From: a virus
Length of the DNA stretch: 64,000 nucleotides
IMG/VR virus record: IMGVR_UViG_3300002307_000022
Coordinates: 44,585 to 108,584 of that record
Reading direction: 5' to 3' (one strand)
Of the stretch, positions 18,536 through 30,600 are shown piece after piece. Positions within the stretch are counted from its first letter, which is position 1. Each line of letters opens with the position of its first letter. Both the position numbers and the translations under genes were made by a program. The notes beneath the pieces are model-generated. The model did not search any database and was not told the DNA's origin. It was given only the letters and a program-made list of their open reading frames with translations.

Positions 18536-20937
18536 TAGATTGTGTAAACCTTTCCTGCATATATGAGGTAGTTAATACTCATGTAAGGATTCATTACAGA
18601 TATTGGTTGTGCAGAAGGGGGGCCATATAATACATCTCCAGTCCTATCCAATCTCTCACCAACACCTTGAGTACCATACGTATTACTACTACCGCCATCA
18701 GTTGGAGTATCTCCTTGCACATTATTAACTGCGTAAAACTGTGTACCTTGATCTCCGGATAATTTATGTTGGTGGGGTGGTAAATTGTTAATATCTAGAG
18801 TATGTTCTTGTTCACCACCACTATTTCCTATAGTACGTGCTGACGGATCTGTTACTCTGCCAGCAGGTGTAGTTATAGTACGTACCTTGCCTGCAGTAGT
18901 TACAACTTCAGTTCCGTTGTCCATATTATCTAATCCTAGTGGGAATCGTCCCCTAAGATCTGGTAATCTAAAAGTATTCAATCCTTGCAATATAGAAGGA
19001 TCACCGTAAGTATATCCTATAACATTAAATAAATCTACATATTGAGATTTTTCTTGTTCACTACCGTCACAGAATAGATATCCAACCGGAACACTTGCGG
19101 CTGGACCTGCAAATGGCATAATACTACCTACTGGAACAAACGGAAGTGATTTAACGAAATTTGGTTTTGTTGTTTTTCTTAATCCTGTTCCGGGTCTATA
19201 AACTAGAAGCACATCTGCATCACTTGCATCTAATACTTCGGTTTTATCGGAGATAAAATTATCAGATACCGTTGTATGGAACGTTTTTACTAATCCCAAC
19301 GAAGACGTTAATGTTGTAGTTCCCGTACCGTAGGATCCAGGATCTAAATCATATTGTAAAGTTATACTAGACAATGTGCTGTTAGTAGCAAGATGGCTAC
19401 CGTTATAAAGCGGTGTGCTATTTCCGGTAACAACATAATTAATACCAATACCAGGTACGATTGTTTGAGTTGATAATGCAAAAGTTACAAAATACGGTCC
19501 GGACCCATTTTTACTTATTATTCCGCCATTAGTGGTAGAATCGACTTGATAAGTAATACCGCCAGTAAGACCGTCAAAGCTAAATCCATTAGCTGACACA
19601 TCTCCATCCATATTGAATAACGTACTTGCTTGTAATCTACTAGCAGATATGCTATTTCCTGATATACTTCCAGTTAAATTTCCTATAAAATTTCCAGAAT
19701 TAGTAACTTCAAAATTGTTAGCATATATTTTATTGAACGGAAAATATCCATTTAAAGGATCGTTTCCACCCAAATCAATATTAGAATCAGTAGTTGGTGC
19801 TAACCCTACATATGTACTAGAAGATATTAGTCCTTCGGCAACATTTAACCATAAAGTTCCGCCAATATATGTGTCACTATTAAGATTAACTAATTTTTGT
19901 ACGGTCATTCCACCATCAACAATTAATGCACCGGTAGAAGAAGTTGCAGCATCGGTTGTGCTAGTTACATGAACATCACCGCTAATAATAGCAGTACCTA
20001 CAAGATCTAAACTTGCTTGCGGATTAAGATTATTAAATCCCACATTTCCAGTTGACGAATCAATCCTAATTACCGTTGTAGCATTACCTAATCGGTTAAC
20101 TTGTAGATCTAAAGCAGATTGTGCCGTGCTGTGATATAGCACACCAACCGACGATGACACTTGTAATTTTAGTTGGTTTTCTGTTCCTATACTGATCCCT
20201 GCATCAGTCTTAATACTAATAGGAAAGTTTGTAATACTTGTTGCATCTGATCTTAAAAAGTTAGCAGCCGGAATTACAGAAGTTCCTACTATAAGAGATT
20301 CTGCTTTTTCAGATGTCCCCCAATATTTTGTGCCTATACCACCATTAGTAAAATTAATAGCTGTAACATTTACACCCGGATTAATAGAACCAAATCCGTC
20401 TATTTTTTTCTTAGGAGTAAATTGTTGGGTTGAGTATATTGATATAACTTGATCGTTTAGATAAGTTTTTAAAATAGTCCTGTCAATTCCTAAAGAATCT
20501 TCTAATATTTCTACTTGTACTCCGCTTTTAAGTCCAGAACTAAAAGTTGGACCTACTAAAACCCAATTAACTCCAGAATATAGATATAACTGCTGGTGTA
20601 ATGTATCTATCCAAAGATCACCAACGGCGCCGGAAGTAGGAGCTATTGTTGCTTTATTTACAGAACCTGCTGGTTGCCAACTAACTCCGTCATATATTTT
20701 TAATTGTGAAGAACCAGAAGTGTTATCATACCAAAGTTGCCCTTCAACTGCATTAGATGGTTCTGAAGAATCAGCGAAATTTTCTAGTAAATGTAAGAAA
20801 TTTCCTCCTAAAAGTCCGGAATATCCTACTACATTTCTTCCTGGAAAAGACAGACTTGTCTGAGTATTGACAGAATTATCATTAACTATCAATGGGCTAT
20901 TATTAAGTGAGTTGGTAAATTCTATTTTGTAAGACAT
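18535..20937 (-). CDS. Tail fibre protein with phage tail collar domain
   Basis: PVGSIMPFAG...GYLFCDG...LF.VIG.TYG...FRLPDLRGRF tail-collar signature, H.H tip motif, and the shared N-terminal module. Confidence 0.75.
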   Translation of the reverse strand: MSYKIEFTNSLNNSPLIVNDNSVNTQTSLSFPGRNVVGYSGLLGGNFLHLLENFADSSEPSNAVEGQLWYDNTSGSSQLKIYDGVSWQPAGSVNKATIAPTSGAVGDLWIDTLHQQLYLYSGVNWVLVGPTFSSGLKSGVQVEILEDSLGIDRTILKTYLNDQVISIYSTQQFTPKKKIDGFGSINPGVNVTAINFTNGGIGTKYWGTSEKAESLIVGTSVIPAANFLRSDATSITNFPISIKTDAGISIGTENQLKLQVSSSVGVLYHSTAQSALDLQVNRLGNATTVIRIDSSTGNVGFNNLNPQASLDLVGTAIISGDVHVTSTTDAATSSTGALIVDGGMTVQKLVNLNSDTYIGGTLWLNVAEGLISSSTYVGLAPTTDSNIDLGGNDPLNGYFPFNKIYANNFEVTNSGNFIGNLTGSISGNSISASRLQASTLFNMDGDVSANGFSFDGLTGGITYQVDSTTNGGIISKNGSGPYFVTFALSTQTIVPGIGINYVVTGNSTPLYNGSHLATNSTLSSITLQYDLDPGSYGTGTTTLTSSLGLVKTFHTTVSDNFISDKTEVLDASDADVLLVYRPGTGLRKTTKPNFVKSLPFVPVGSIMPFAGPAASVPVGYLFCDGSEQEKSQYVDLFNVIGYTYGDPSILQGLNTFRLPDLRGRFPLGLDNMDNGTEVVTTAGKVRTITTPAGRVTDPSARTIGNSGGEQEHTLDINNLPPHQHKLSGDQGTQFYAVNNVQGDTPTDGGSSNTYGTQGVGERLDRTGDVLYGPPSAQPISVMNPYMSINYLIYAGKVYTI

Positions 20938-21593
20938 TAGCCGCTATACCCCGATAAGCTTTGTATGCGAACAGTGTAATCTATTTGCATTAATCTATTA
21001 AGACTTTTTTGAACAGGATGGAACAATACATGAGTCAATAGTTTTCCTGTCCCGTCCGGATTATATCCTACTAGTCCTAGCTCATCAAATGCATAAAGAT
21101 CATTTAATCCTGTTGCGTTATCAAATGCTCCTTGACCAGTAGGTTCCCCGTAGTCTAGTAAACAGGTAACAAGTATATCTGTATAGTTATTACCAGTTAT
21201 ATGTTTTGTTTGTATATTGTTCCTAATAGGATCAGTATTAGCAACACTGTTTCCGTCAACAACTTTAATAAATGTTTGATTATATAAGCTACTATTGATA
21301 CCAACAGTATTTGGGGTCAAGTATGTAATTATTCCTGTTGGGTCAACATATGTACCACCATTTCCGAATGCCATTTGATAAATGAATCCAGAATTCTGAT
21401 TTGATAAACTAGCTGCTAATGCTACACTAATATTTTCATAATGGATAGCATTTCTTTTGTTAATAAAAACCTGACCGTTTTCTGGATCAAAAATCTTTAT
21501 GTGACCTTCAATATTAAAAGATCCTTTTTCATCTGGTTTCTTAGTCATTTTTTTATCCTGATCCTGTGTTTTTTCTAACTTTTTCTTATCCAT
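20937..21593 (-). CDS. Putative baseplate/virion structural protein
   Basis: Lies within the structural operon; FDELGL and HPVQKSLNR..IDYT.RI motifs; TAAATAAATA upstream (21606-21615). Confidence 0.5.
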   Translation of the reverse strand: MDKKKLEKTQDQDKKMTKKPDEKGSFNIEGHIKIFDPENGQVFINKRNAIHYENISVALAASLSNQNSGFIYQMAFGNGGTYVDPTGIITYLTPNTVGINSSLYNQTFIKVVDGNSVANTDPIRNNIQTKHITGNNYTDILVTCLLDYGEPTGQGAFDNATGLNDLYAFDELGLVGYNPDGTGKLLTHVLFHPVQKSLNRLMQIDYTVRIQSLSGYSG

Positions 21594-21608
21594 AATCGCT
21601 CTCTTTAT

Positions 21609-24600
21609 TTATTTAGGTAAATCAACCGTTGCTGATGTAATGAACTTAGCTACGTTACTTTTGCTAAATGCAAACGGAACTTCTTCTCCAGATAAGAACC
21701 AACTCGATCCTTTTCTAGTTAGGACTGTTATGATCGATCCAGGTGCAGGAGCTTTCGTTAATCTAACTTCAGAATTTATTCCATCAACACTATATTCCGC
21801 TTCAATTATTTTATCTCCAGTACCGTTGTAGCTGTCTTGTGCTAGAGATTGATCATAAACAGTTATTGGAGTTTTGTTTAATCGAGTTCCGCTAATGAAT
21901 ATTTCCATTTCGTCATTCTGTTGATAGATTGGCGGAATAGTTTCTCTATACCATCCTGTCCCTAGCTGTGCTATTCCGTTCCTATAAGAAGGAACAAAAT
22001 TTAAGGGCAATATATAAACATTAGATAATTTAATTTCAGACGGCGCTGCCTTGAATACTACTGTACTTGAATTTAATTTAGTGGGGCTACTTAATTTTAT
22101 GAATCCACCAACAAATAATCCAGGATCACTAGGATATTCTAAAGTTATACTAGTTAATGTACTTTCTGTTGCCAAGTACACACCGTTGTAGAAGGAAGTA
22201 TTTTTAAGTATTGAATAATCTATCGCATCAAGACTTCCTGAAACATTATAGTATACACCAACCGCTAAAGGAGTCTGCTGTGTAGCTATAGTATACGTTA
22301 TATAATAAGGTCCAGTTCCGGTCTTACTAAAACGAGATATAACAGAAACATCATTAATAAAAATCCCGGGATCGTTATCGTATATAAATGTTACAGTACC
22401 AAGAGTACTATACCTCAATTCATAATAACCGTTATAATTTTGATTTATATTATCAGTTATATTGTAACGTATTCCAGTAGTTAATGGAGTAGTCCTAACA
22501 GGAATATTAAAAGTAATAAAATACGGACCATTTCCTACTTTAGAAACAAAAGATAATATATTAATAGAATTAATATATTCTCCAGGATCTGTTGGATATC
22601 TAAAGGTTGCAGTAGTAGTAGTGCTGTCAACAAGAACATATGTACCATTGTAATTTGTATTAACACTGCCTTTAATTGTAAAACTCTGCGATACTGGTAA
22701 TGCTAACGTGTTGATTGCGTTTACTAGATGTAATAGATTATAGGTAATATAATGATATTGTCCAGCAGTGACATTATTTACAAGTCCTGTTACAGATATA
22801 CTAATATCAACAGGTCTTAAGTCGTAAGCATTAGGATTGTTATTCACAAATGGGTGATTATTATCTACTATCCTTGTTGCTAATACACCTGTAATATTAG
22901 TATAAGAATTTACAGCGTTCTGTATATTGGTCTTATTGGTAACAACATTGGTTGTAAGCGTGATTGGAATATCTATTTGATTGATAGATATTATTGCTTG
23001 TATATCGTGATCTGGAGCAACTAATTTAGACCCATATATTGTTCCTTCATATATTCCAAAACTATATCCAAAATTTTCATCTATCGCAGTATCGGCTATA
23101 TAGGTATTTTTAAATTCTTTATCTTGATAAGGTAATGTATCTTGATAGCTCATACTCATTAATTCAGTACCTGCTGATATTATTTCGTTCACAGTTGTTC
23201 CTAATGTTCCGCGACGTAGTTGACTTAAGACATTATCTGTTTTAAACATATATTCAATTCTTTCTGAAGCAATGTATATTACTCCAGGTAAATTATCTTG
23301 TCTATTAGGAGTGTCTAAATTAGCAGCATTTTCTACTTCAATCATGCTATCTAGATAGCTCAAGTCACTAGCTAGTTTAGTAACTTTTTTGCTGTCAAGC
23401 CTCTTATATTGTGTCCTATTAAGCATATCTTTGAATATTCTAAATCCAAAACTAAATTGGCTTACATTAGGATTAGTAGTAATTATTTCTATATAATCTT
23501 TCTTAGTTAAGAGATCGGGCAATATTACCTTTATCTGTTTTAGATTATCCAATACAACATAATCGATTCCTAAAACTAGTAGTTCTCTGCTTAATGCTAC
23601 GACTACTCCGCTTTTATCTGAAACAGTCCTAGGTAAATCAAAAATACCAGAAGTGTTTGCATTAGTATTATATGTGTCATATTGTACAACATCATAAGGT
23701 AATGTTTCATATCCATTAGCAAATACGAATTCCTTATTAGTCCTCAATATTTCCCACTGATGGTGATTATAGAAAGTAGTTAATAGTATATAATCCTTGT
23801 TAGAAAGATTGTAATTTTTTGTAACAATTAAATTAGACCCGTCAATAATGAAATCATTATCTCGTAATATTTCAATTATAATACTATCACCGATTTTAGC
23901 AACGCCGGCAGTTAATTTAATTATATTGTTTATACTATCTAAATTGTAATCTCTTATTTTTAACAACTTTTGCTTGTTGAGATAAACATTTATCATATTT
24001 AAATTTAAAGAAGCCGTATTGTATCTAATAGGATCCAATGCCATAGTTGCTGGATATATAAAATTTGCATAATCTGGTGCTCTTAAGAAATCCTGTTTCT
24101 TTTGGCCATTTATACTATAATTTACAATAGCCCATATATAAGCAGAATATGGTTGAGAATCACCCGGCGGTACATCGATTGCATAGGTAGTACTTCCTGT
24201 CACAGGTATAGTTTGATTAACAACTGTACTATATTTTTGTACTGTTCCTTTTAATACCATAATCTGTACAACACTACCAGCCGGTGGAGTATCTTTTAAT
24301 TTAACAATTACGTTTCCTCTATTTGGATAATTTGCATTTGTAGTTGCTATAGTTAATTCTGGTTCTATACCGTCAACTAATGCATACACACTTACGTCTC
24401 CTGCTGTAAATCTAGCACCGGTTGTAAACTCATTAGTAACACCGTTTCCTGAGAATATTTCTCTTGATAGTATATCATATCCAGCAGTGTCTATTACATA
24501 GATAGTAACTTTGCTGTTTAGAGGTGGAGGCATTGGCAGATTATCATCTGTTACAAAATCTGTAGTTAAATTTTCAAAATTAACATTGAGAGAAACTTGA

Positions 24601-27600
24601 TAAAGCTTATCTACAAAACCTATAACTGCATTTTCGTCTGGTGGTAAAGTTCCTAATGAGAAAGTGTATGTAAACCCATCTCCAACAAAGTTACTTATAA
24701 CTATTTTTGGTCCGCCTGCAGGTGGTGCATCATAGAATTTTATATCAACAGTATCTACAACGTGTCCTTCAATTAACTCTTCCGGACCATGGTTAGTATA
24801 TTCGGAAACAAATTCATCACCGTCTATTATTATATCATCAGGTGATATTCCTTTAGCAGATGTATAAGCTAAATCTCCTCCCGAAACTAGAGAATCAATA
24901 ATAGACTGTTCGTTAGGGAGAATAGATCCGTCACTAGTACTTTTACGGAATATTAATTGATCACCAGATCTTAATATCCCCGGAAGAGAATTAAGTGTAA
25001 TTATATTATTAGTACCGTCGGCCTCAAATGGTAAACTAGAAATTTCCGAATTACATAATAGTAGTGCTGTATAATCAGTTATTTCATTTAATGGTTTTGT
25101 AGGTATTGCAAAGTTAAGGGTGTATAATCCTTTGCCTTTTAATATCCTAAGATTGCTAACACTACCTCTAAAATATCCATCAATTTCATTAGTACCATAT
25201 CCTATTCTCAAGGTTCCGTCTACTACAAAATTAAAGGTAGCAGGATTGATGTCCATTTGCAACACTCCGTTGATATGGAAATATATTTTAGAATCTTTTC
25301 GAGTTAGTGCTAGATGTGACCATTGATTAATTATTAGATCTATAAATCCAACATAATCATCCGAAGTGCCATCATTAGAAGGAATTAATATGCCGGCGCC
25401 GTTTCCGGAAATATTCTGTGAGATCCTAATTGATTGTCCAGGAGCATCATTTCCAATTATTAATATTGGTGTGTTGTCAGTATCCGGAGCAGCTATTGGA
25501 TTAACAAACAGTTCAATCGTAAAATCTTCTGTACCAAAATCAAAGAAGTAAGGAGAACCAATAGCAGTACCAAATGGTCTAGAAATTTCTATGTAATCTT
25601 GTGCAAGAGGTAACAATACGTAATTGGAATTCTGTGTAAACTCCAATGTATGGTTTCCAGATACAATTAAACTCCAAGATCCATAATCATTTCTAGTAGA
25701 ATTTTCAACAATTTCTAGAGAACCTATAGTCCATCCAGCCAGTGGTTGCGGGTAGGCATCGGATCTAACAGTTGTATCTTGTTGTGTAATAAACACACTT
25801 ACAATTAATGTTGTTTGATCTGTAGCAACATCATATAACGGAATCTCTAATAACTTAACACTGTATTCTAAACTATTAACATCGATGCTAGAAGTATTAT
25901 TAACAACACCGTTTAATGTAAATGTTGGATATCCATAAAAACTTAAAGAATTAACATAAAAATAGTCAGTGCTATCAATCCTTGTTGTTTGTGTAGAATC
26001 AATTGGTTTTAAATATATGTTTATTATATCTCCGTTTGCTGGGGTATAAGGTAATGTAAATTGATTAGGTATAATCGAGGGATTATACAAAATATCGTTA
26101 CTTAATACAACTACATAATCGTCATTGGCAGTAATAATAGTGTCCCAAGACCCTACATCCCAAGGCAATACATCCCAGCCTCCGCCTACAGCAAATCCAA
26201 TACTAGTAAATTCAACTCCGCCGTAATCAATGCCGATCATTAACTGTGATAAATCTTTACCGTATTGCCCACTTCCTGGAGTATATGCATAGTTAATTCT
26301 ATCAACTGCACTATATAATCCAATATTTTTGTAATAGGTAATTATTACTGTTCCAGAAACTGGAGTTGCAAAAGTAATAGTTCCAGTTAACGCATTATAT
26401 GTGTCGTGCAATTCTTGTTTTAGAGATACAAAATATTGAGATCCATAATATTCAATATTATTAACTGTTATGAAAAATTTATTCTTTTCAATTTCTGGAG
26501 CATATGTTAATTTAAAGACGCTTTGATTTGTAGCTTCATAAGTATCAGTAAATTTAAAATTATCTACATAATAATTCCTCAAATATCTATCAAATTTCAT
26601 CGTTAGCGTCATGCTTCTAGTTTTACCGTTTCCGATAACTGCTGTAGCAGTAGCTTGTTTAAATCCTATAGATCCATTTCCTCCAGAAATAGTTATCGTC
26701 GGAGATGATAAGAAACCGTGTCCTGGGTTATCTAATACTATTTTAAAGATAGTTCCAGAAGAAATATAAGCAGTTGCTTTTGCATTTGCAGCTACATATA
26801 ATAATTCTATATTTCCATTCATTACTGCTCCTTCGATATGTGTTGGAGGAGTTTTACCGGTTAATCCTGCTGTTGTTGCTAGATAATAATTTCCGTTAAA
26901 TGATATGTATGTTCCTTGATCATATGAGGTAGATTTATTCCAAAGTATAGATCCGGTTATGGGCGGCGAGATAGAAACAACCGGCCTAGAAATATAACCC
27001 GATCCTACATCGTTTACAATGATAGTCGTTAATTCATAGGTATGATTTTTTAACCAATTTGCCCAAGGGTATTGGTTGATGTATGCTGATTCTAAATAAG
27101 TTGCTTCTAATTGTCCAGTATCAACATTGTAATAACTTGGCAAATCAAAATCTGTAACAGTATTATATGTGTAATCATATCCTTGATATGAACTTACAAA
27201 TTCTCTTATCTTAGTCCTATATGGTTTTACTTCTTGTATATACGATTCGTAATCGCCGAGCGGATCTGCTTGGAAAGTAGGATTTTGATTTAGATTTCCT
27301 ACTATCTGATTAAACTTTAAGAAACTAGTCTTAAAGAACCAGTCTACAAAATGTTGTTCGCTGAGCACATAATGTATGCTATTAAAGAATAGATTTAAAT
27401 ATTCTATCCTTAAATCTCCAATTAAAATATCGTCTCTTATAGCTTCAAGTATGATACGTAATTCAGTAGTTGGATTTGTATCGTATAGATTTAAATCGTA
27501 GCTATAATTTTCATCGTATCCTAATTCGCTACTGTAATTGTAAAGACTACTAGAAAACTGTATAGTAGCATTTTGCTGACCTACTACTTTATAATCTACA

Positions 27601-30600
27601 GTAAAATCTGGATCATTAGTAGTAGCTATCCTAAGAAGTAAAATCCAAGAATCTAGTCCAACTTTAGTAACTTTAACCAAATCACCAATATCTGCGTGTA
27701 ATCCGTTGAGATCACTTGTTTGCGGAATTATATGTTTTATATCAGATTGTGATCCAAATCCTGGAGCATACCAATCAACAAATGACCAATATTTGGTAGT
27801 GTTATATGCTTGTGTCCTGGTCCTGATCCAAGCCTTGACTAGATTCTGTCTTATTAATCCTAAAGAACTTTGTACACTTGCAAAGTATGCAGCAGCGGCA
27901 GCAGTATTTGCAAAAGACCATGTTTGTAAACTCCAACCGTTTAATGCATCTGAATCTGATTTAACAAGAACAGTAAAATCTCTAACTTTTACAGTAGTTG
28001 ATATGTCTGTTCCTGTGGTTAGATCAATTACAGAATTATATCCTTTGCCTCTCTTAATTATTTCTACACTATTTGGATCAACTTGTCCTTTAGAATCTAC
28101 ATAAGTTTGAATCTGAGCTCCAGTTCCGGTTCCTTGTATTTCTACTGTGGGCCCATACCATAGCACTGGATTTCCATATGCATCAGTTTGATATATTTTA
28201 TTCTTACCATACCCATACCCTGTGTCGTCTACGTATACATCATATACTGATCCATCTTTAATAACTAGTGATAGTTGGGCGGTCCTTAAATTAGAAGTTC
28301 CAACATAAGGTAAATCTTGTAAAGTATCTATTTCAAAATCTATTATTCCAGAAGTAAGGGTCGGTGGTTCTTCTTGCTTATATAAGTTAGTTAGATTAAT
28401 TTCATTTAATAAATTAAAATCCTGTAATATAGAATTTATATATTCTATATTTTGTTTTAGTGCTTCAAACTTATTAATGAACCAAGACTGCCTAGGATTA
28501 GTGCTATTGCCATAACGATGTTTTGGACTTAATTTAGGATCAGGTATTACATTTCCTGCTATATCTAATCCAATCAAACTATCAAACCATCGTTGCTCGA
28601 GCAGTTTAGGTATTTGGGCTGTGCTATCTCCCTTAGGAATAAGAACATACTCTCTATGTAACAATAAATCTGTATTTTCTACTTCGTAAAATTGTAAGTT
28701 TATAGAAACTTTTTTTCCTAATAGTTTTGATTTAATATTAGTTAAAGAAATGCTGCTCTGTCCAGTTATACTAACTGATTGATAACCTTGTCCTTTAGGA
28801 TCAGATATTAATTTTGTTACTTCACTAGCACTTAATTTCCTAGTAGTAAAAGAAGGAACTATTTTCCTGTTGCTTACCCAGAAATAATAAAGTGTAGTAA
28901 CAATGCTACTAGTTTGATCATACTTAGTCTTTGTACTATATGTTAGATCACTAGTATCTTTAGGAATTCCGCTTATACCATTTGCTAATCCAGCAGTAGT
29001 ATCTGACAATGTAGCATATTGGCTAGGAGTATATCTAGACTCTACCCACTCGTAAACATTTACTACTGATCCTGGAAATAATTTACCCCAATGTGTATTT
29101 CTAAAAGTTATATCGCCCTGTTCATACCACATATACTTTACTGTTGATAAATCCCACCACAATTCTCCTACATGATTGTCTGTCCAGATTTGATCAGCAG
29201 TATGTGCTAATGACGTATCTCCTATAAATTCATAAACTGCAGGATCATAATATGTTTGATATTTTATTTCTTGATCTGCTATTCCTGGTATATGTCCTTT
29301 AACAGGATCATATATGTCTAGATTAGATATTATTTTATTAGTTTCTGTATTATAATAAAATGATTTTTTAAACTTTGATATATCAACTAACGGTTCTCCC
29401 GAGCGTAGTATTTTCCAACTCGGGTTATTAAAATTAAAGACAAACATAGACCCAGTATGAACTCCATTAAATGCTTTATTTGGTGTTCCAACTGCTATGC
29501 AATTTGATGATGTAACGATGCTAAAGCCAAAATTATCTTGTGCCGCTAAATCATTAGTTGGGGTCAATCTGTCGGAATAGATAAAATGATTATCAAATCT
29601 ATTGTAAACGTATACTGCACCCGTTACTGCTATTTGATCATAGAAACGTGTAGAATTATTATCAAACGTCGTTGGAGTTAATTCTGCACTACTAGGATCT
29701 AATAGATATTGTAAATCAGGATCACTAGCTATAGTATGCCCACTTCCAAACTCACCAGGAATAACATCAAATATAAAAGTTACAGTAGTTGCCGTGCTAG
29801 AATCTGCTAAGAAATCTCCGTCAATTAAAGAATTAGAATTTCCTGATATATTATATTTTACATTAATCGGTGGTGCTGACAGTTGTGGAGTGATATCGAA
29901 CATAACATAATATGGACCTGTTCCTTCTATATTAACAATATCAATTAATTGAAATGAGTAACTAGAATAAAGGCTTGCAGCATATGTGTCAAATGTTGTG
30001 TCTAATACTGAAGGGCCGCCTCGGGCACCAATGCTTAATACATTTCCATTCGGATCAATAGATAAACTAGTACCAAATCTTTCATATGCATAGGTGTTTG
30101 TAACAGGCGGAATAATAACCTGATCTAGTTGATAAGATATGCCTAATGAAGAATCTGTTTTTTGGAAATTAAATATTGCACCAACATGATTTCCTTTTGA
30201 ACTATTATTTGGAGCACTTACTACAAGAGAATTTCCAGAAATAATTAATTTAAAACCAAAATAATCACCAATAGATAGATATCCGCCTACATTATTTGTA
30301 ACAGTTCCATCAGTTAATGTATCTAGATTTATAATTTCACTAAGGCCAAAATAGCTAAATTTTAAACCATTTAGTGTTGAATTTGTACTTACATAAACAT
30401 CAGGAGTTATATTGTAAAGGTATACTACTCCCGATCCTAAAAATGGAGCAGATATTGCAGCAGTAGTAAAATCATCTAGACAATCTAAATCATATCCATA
30501 TTGAGATCCACTACTAATATCAAATGCACTGTTTGCAAATTTATCAAACAAAATGCTCACTGTTGGTTGAACTAATATAGGCTGTACATAATTAAAGAAC

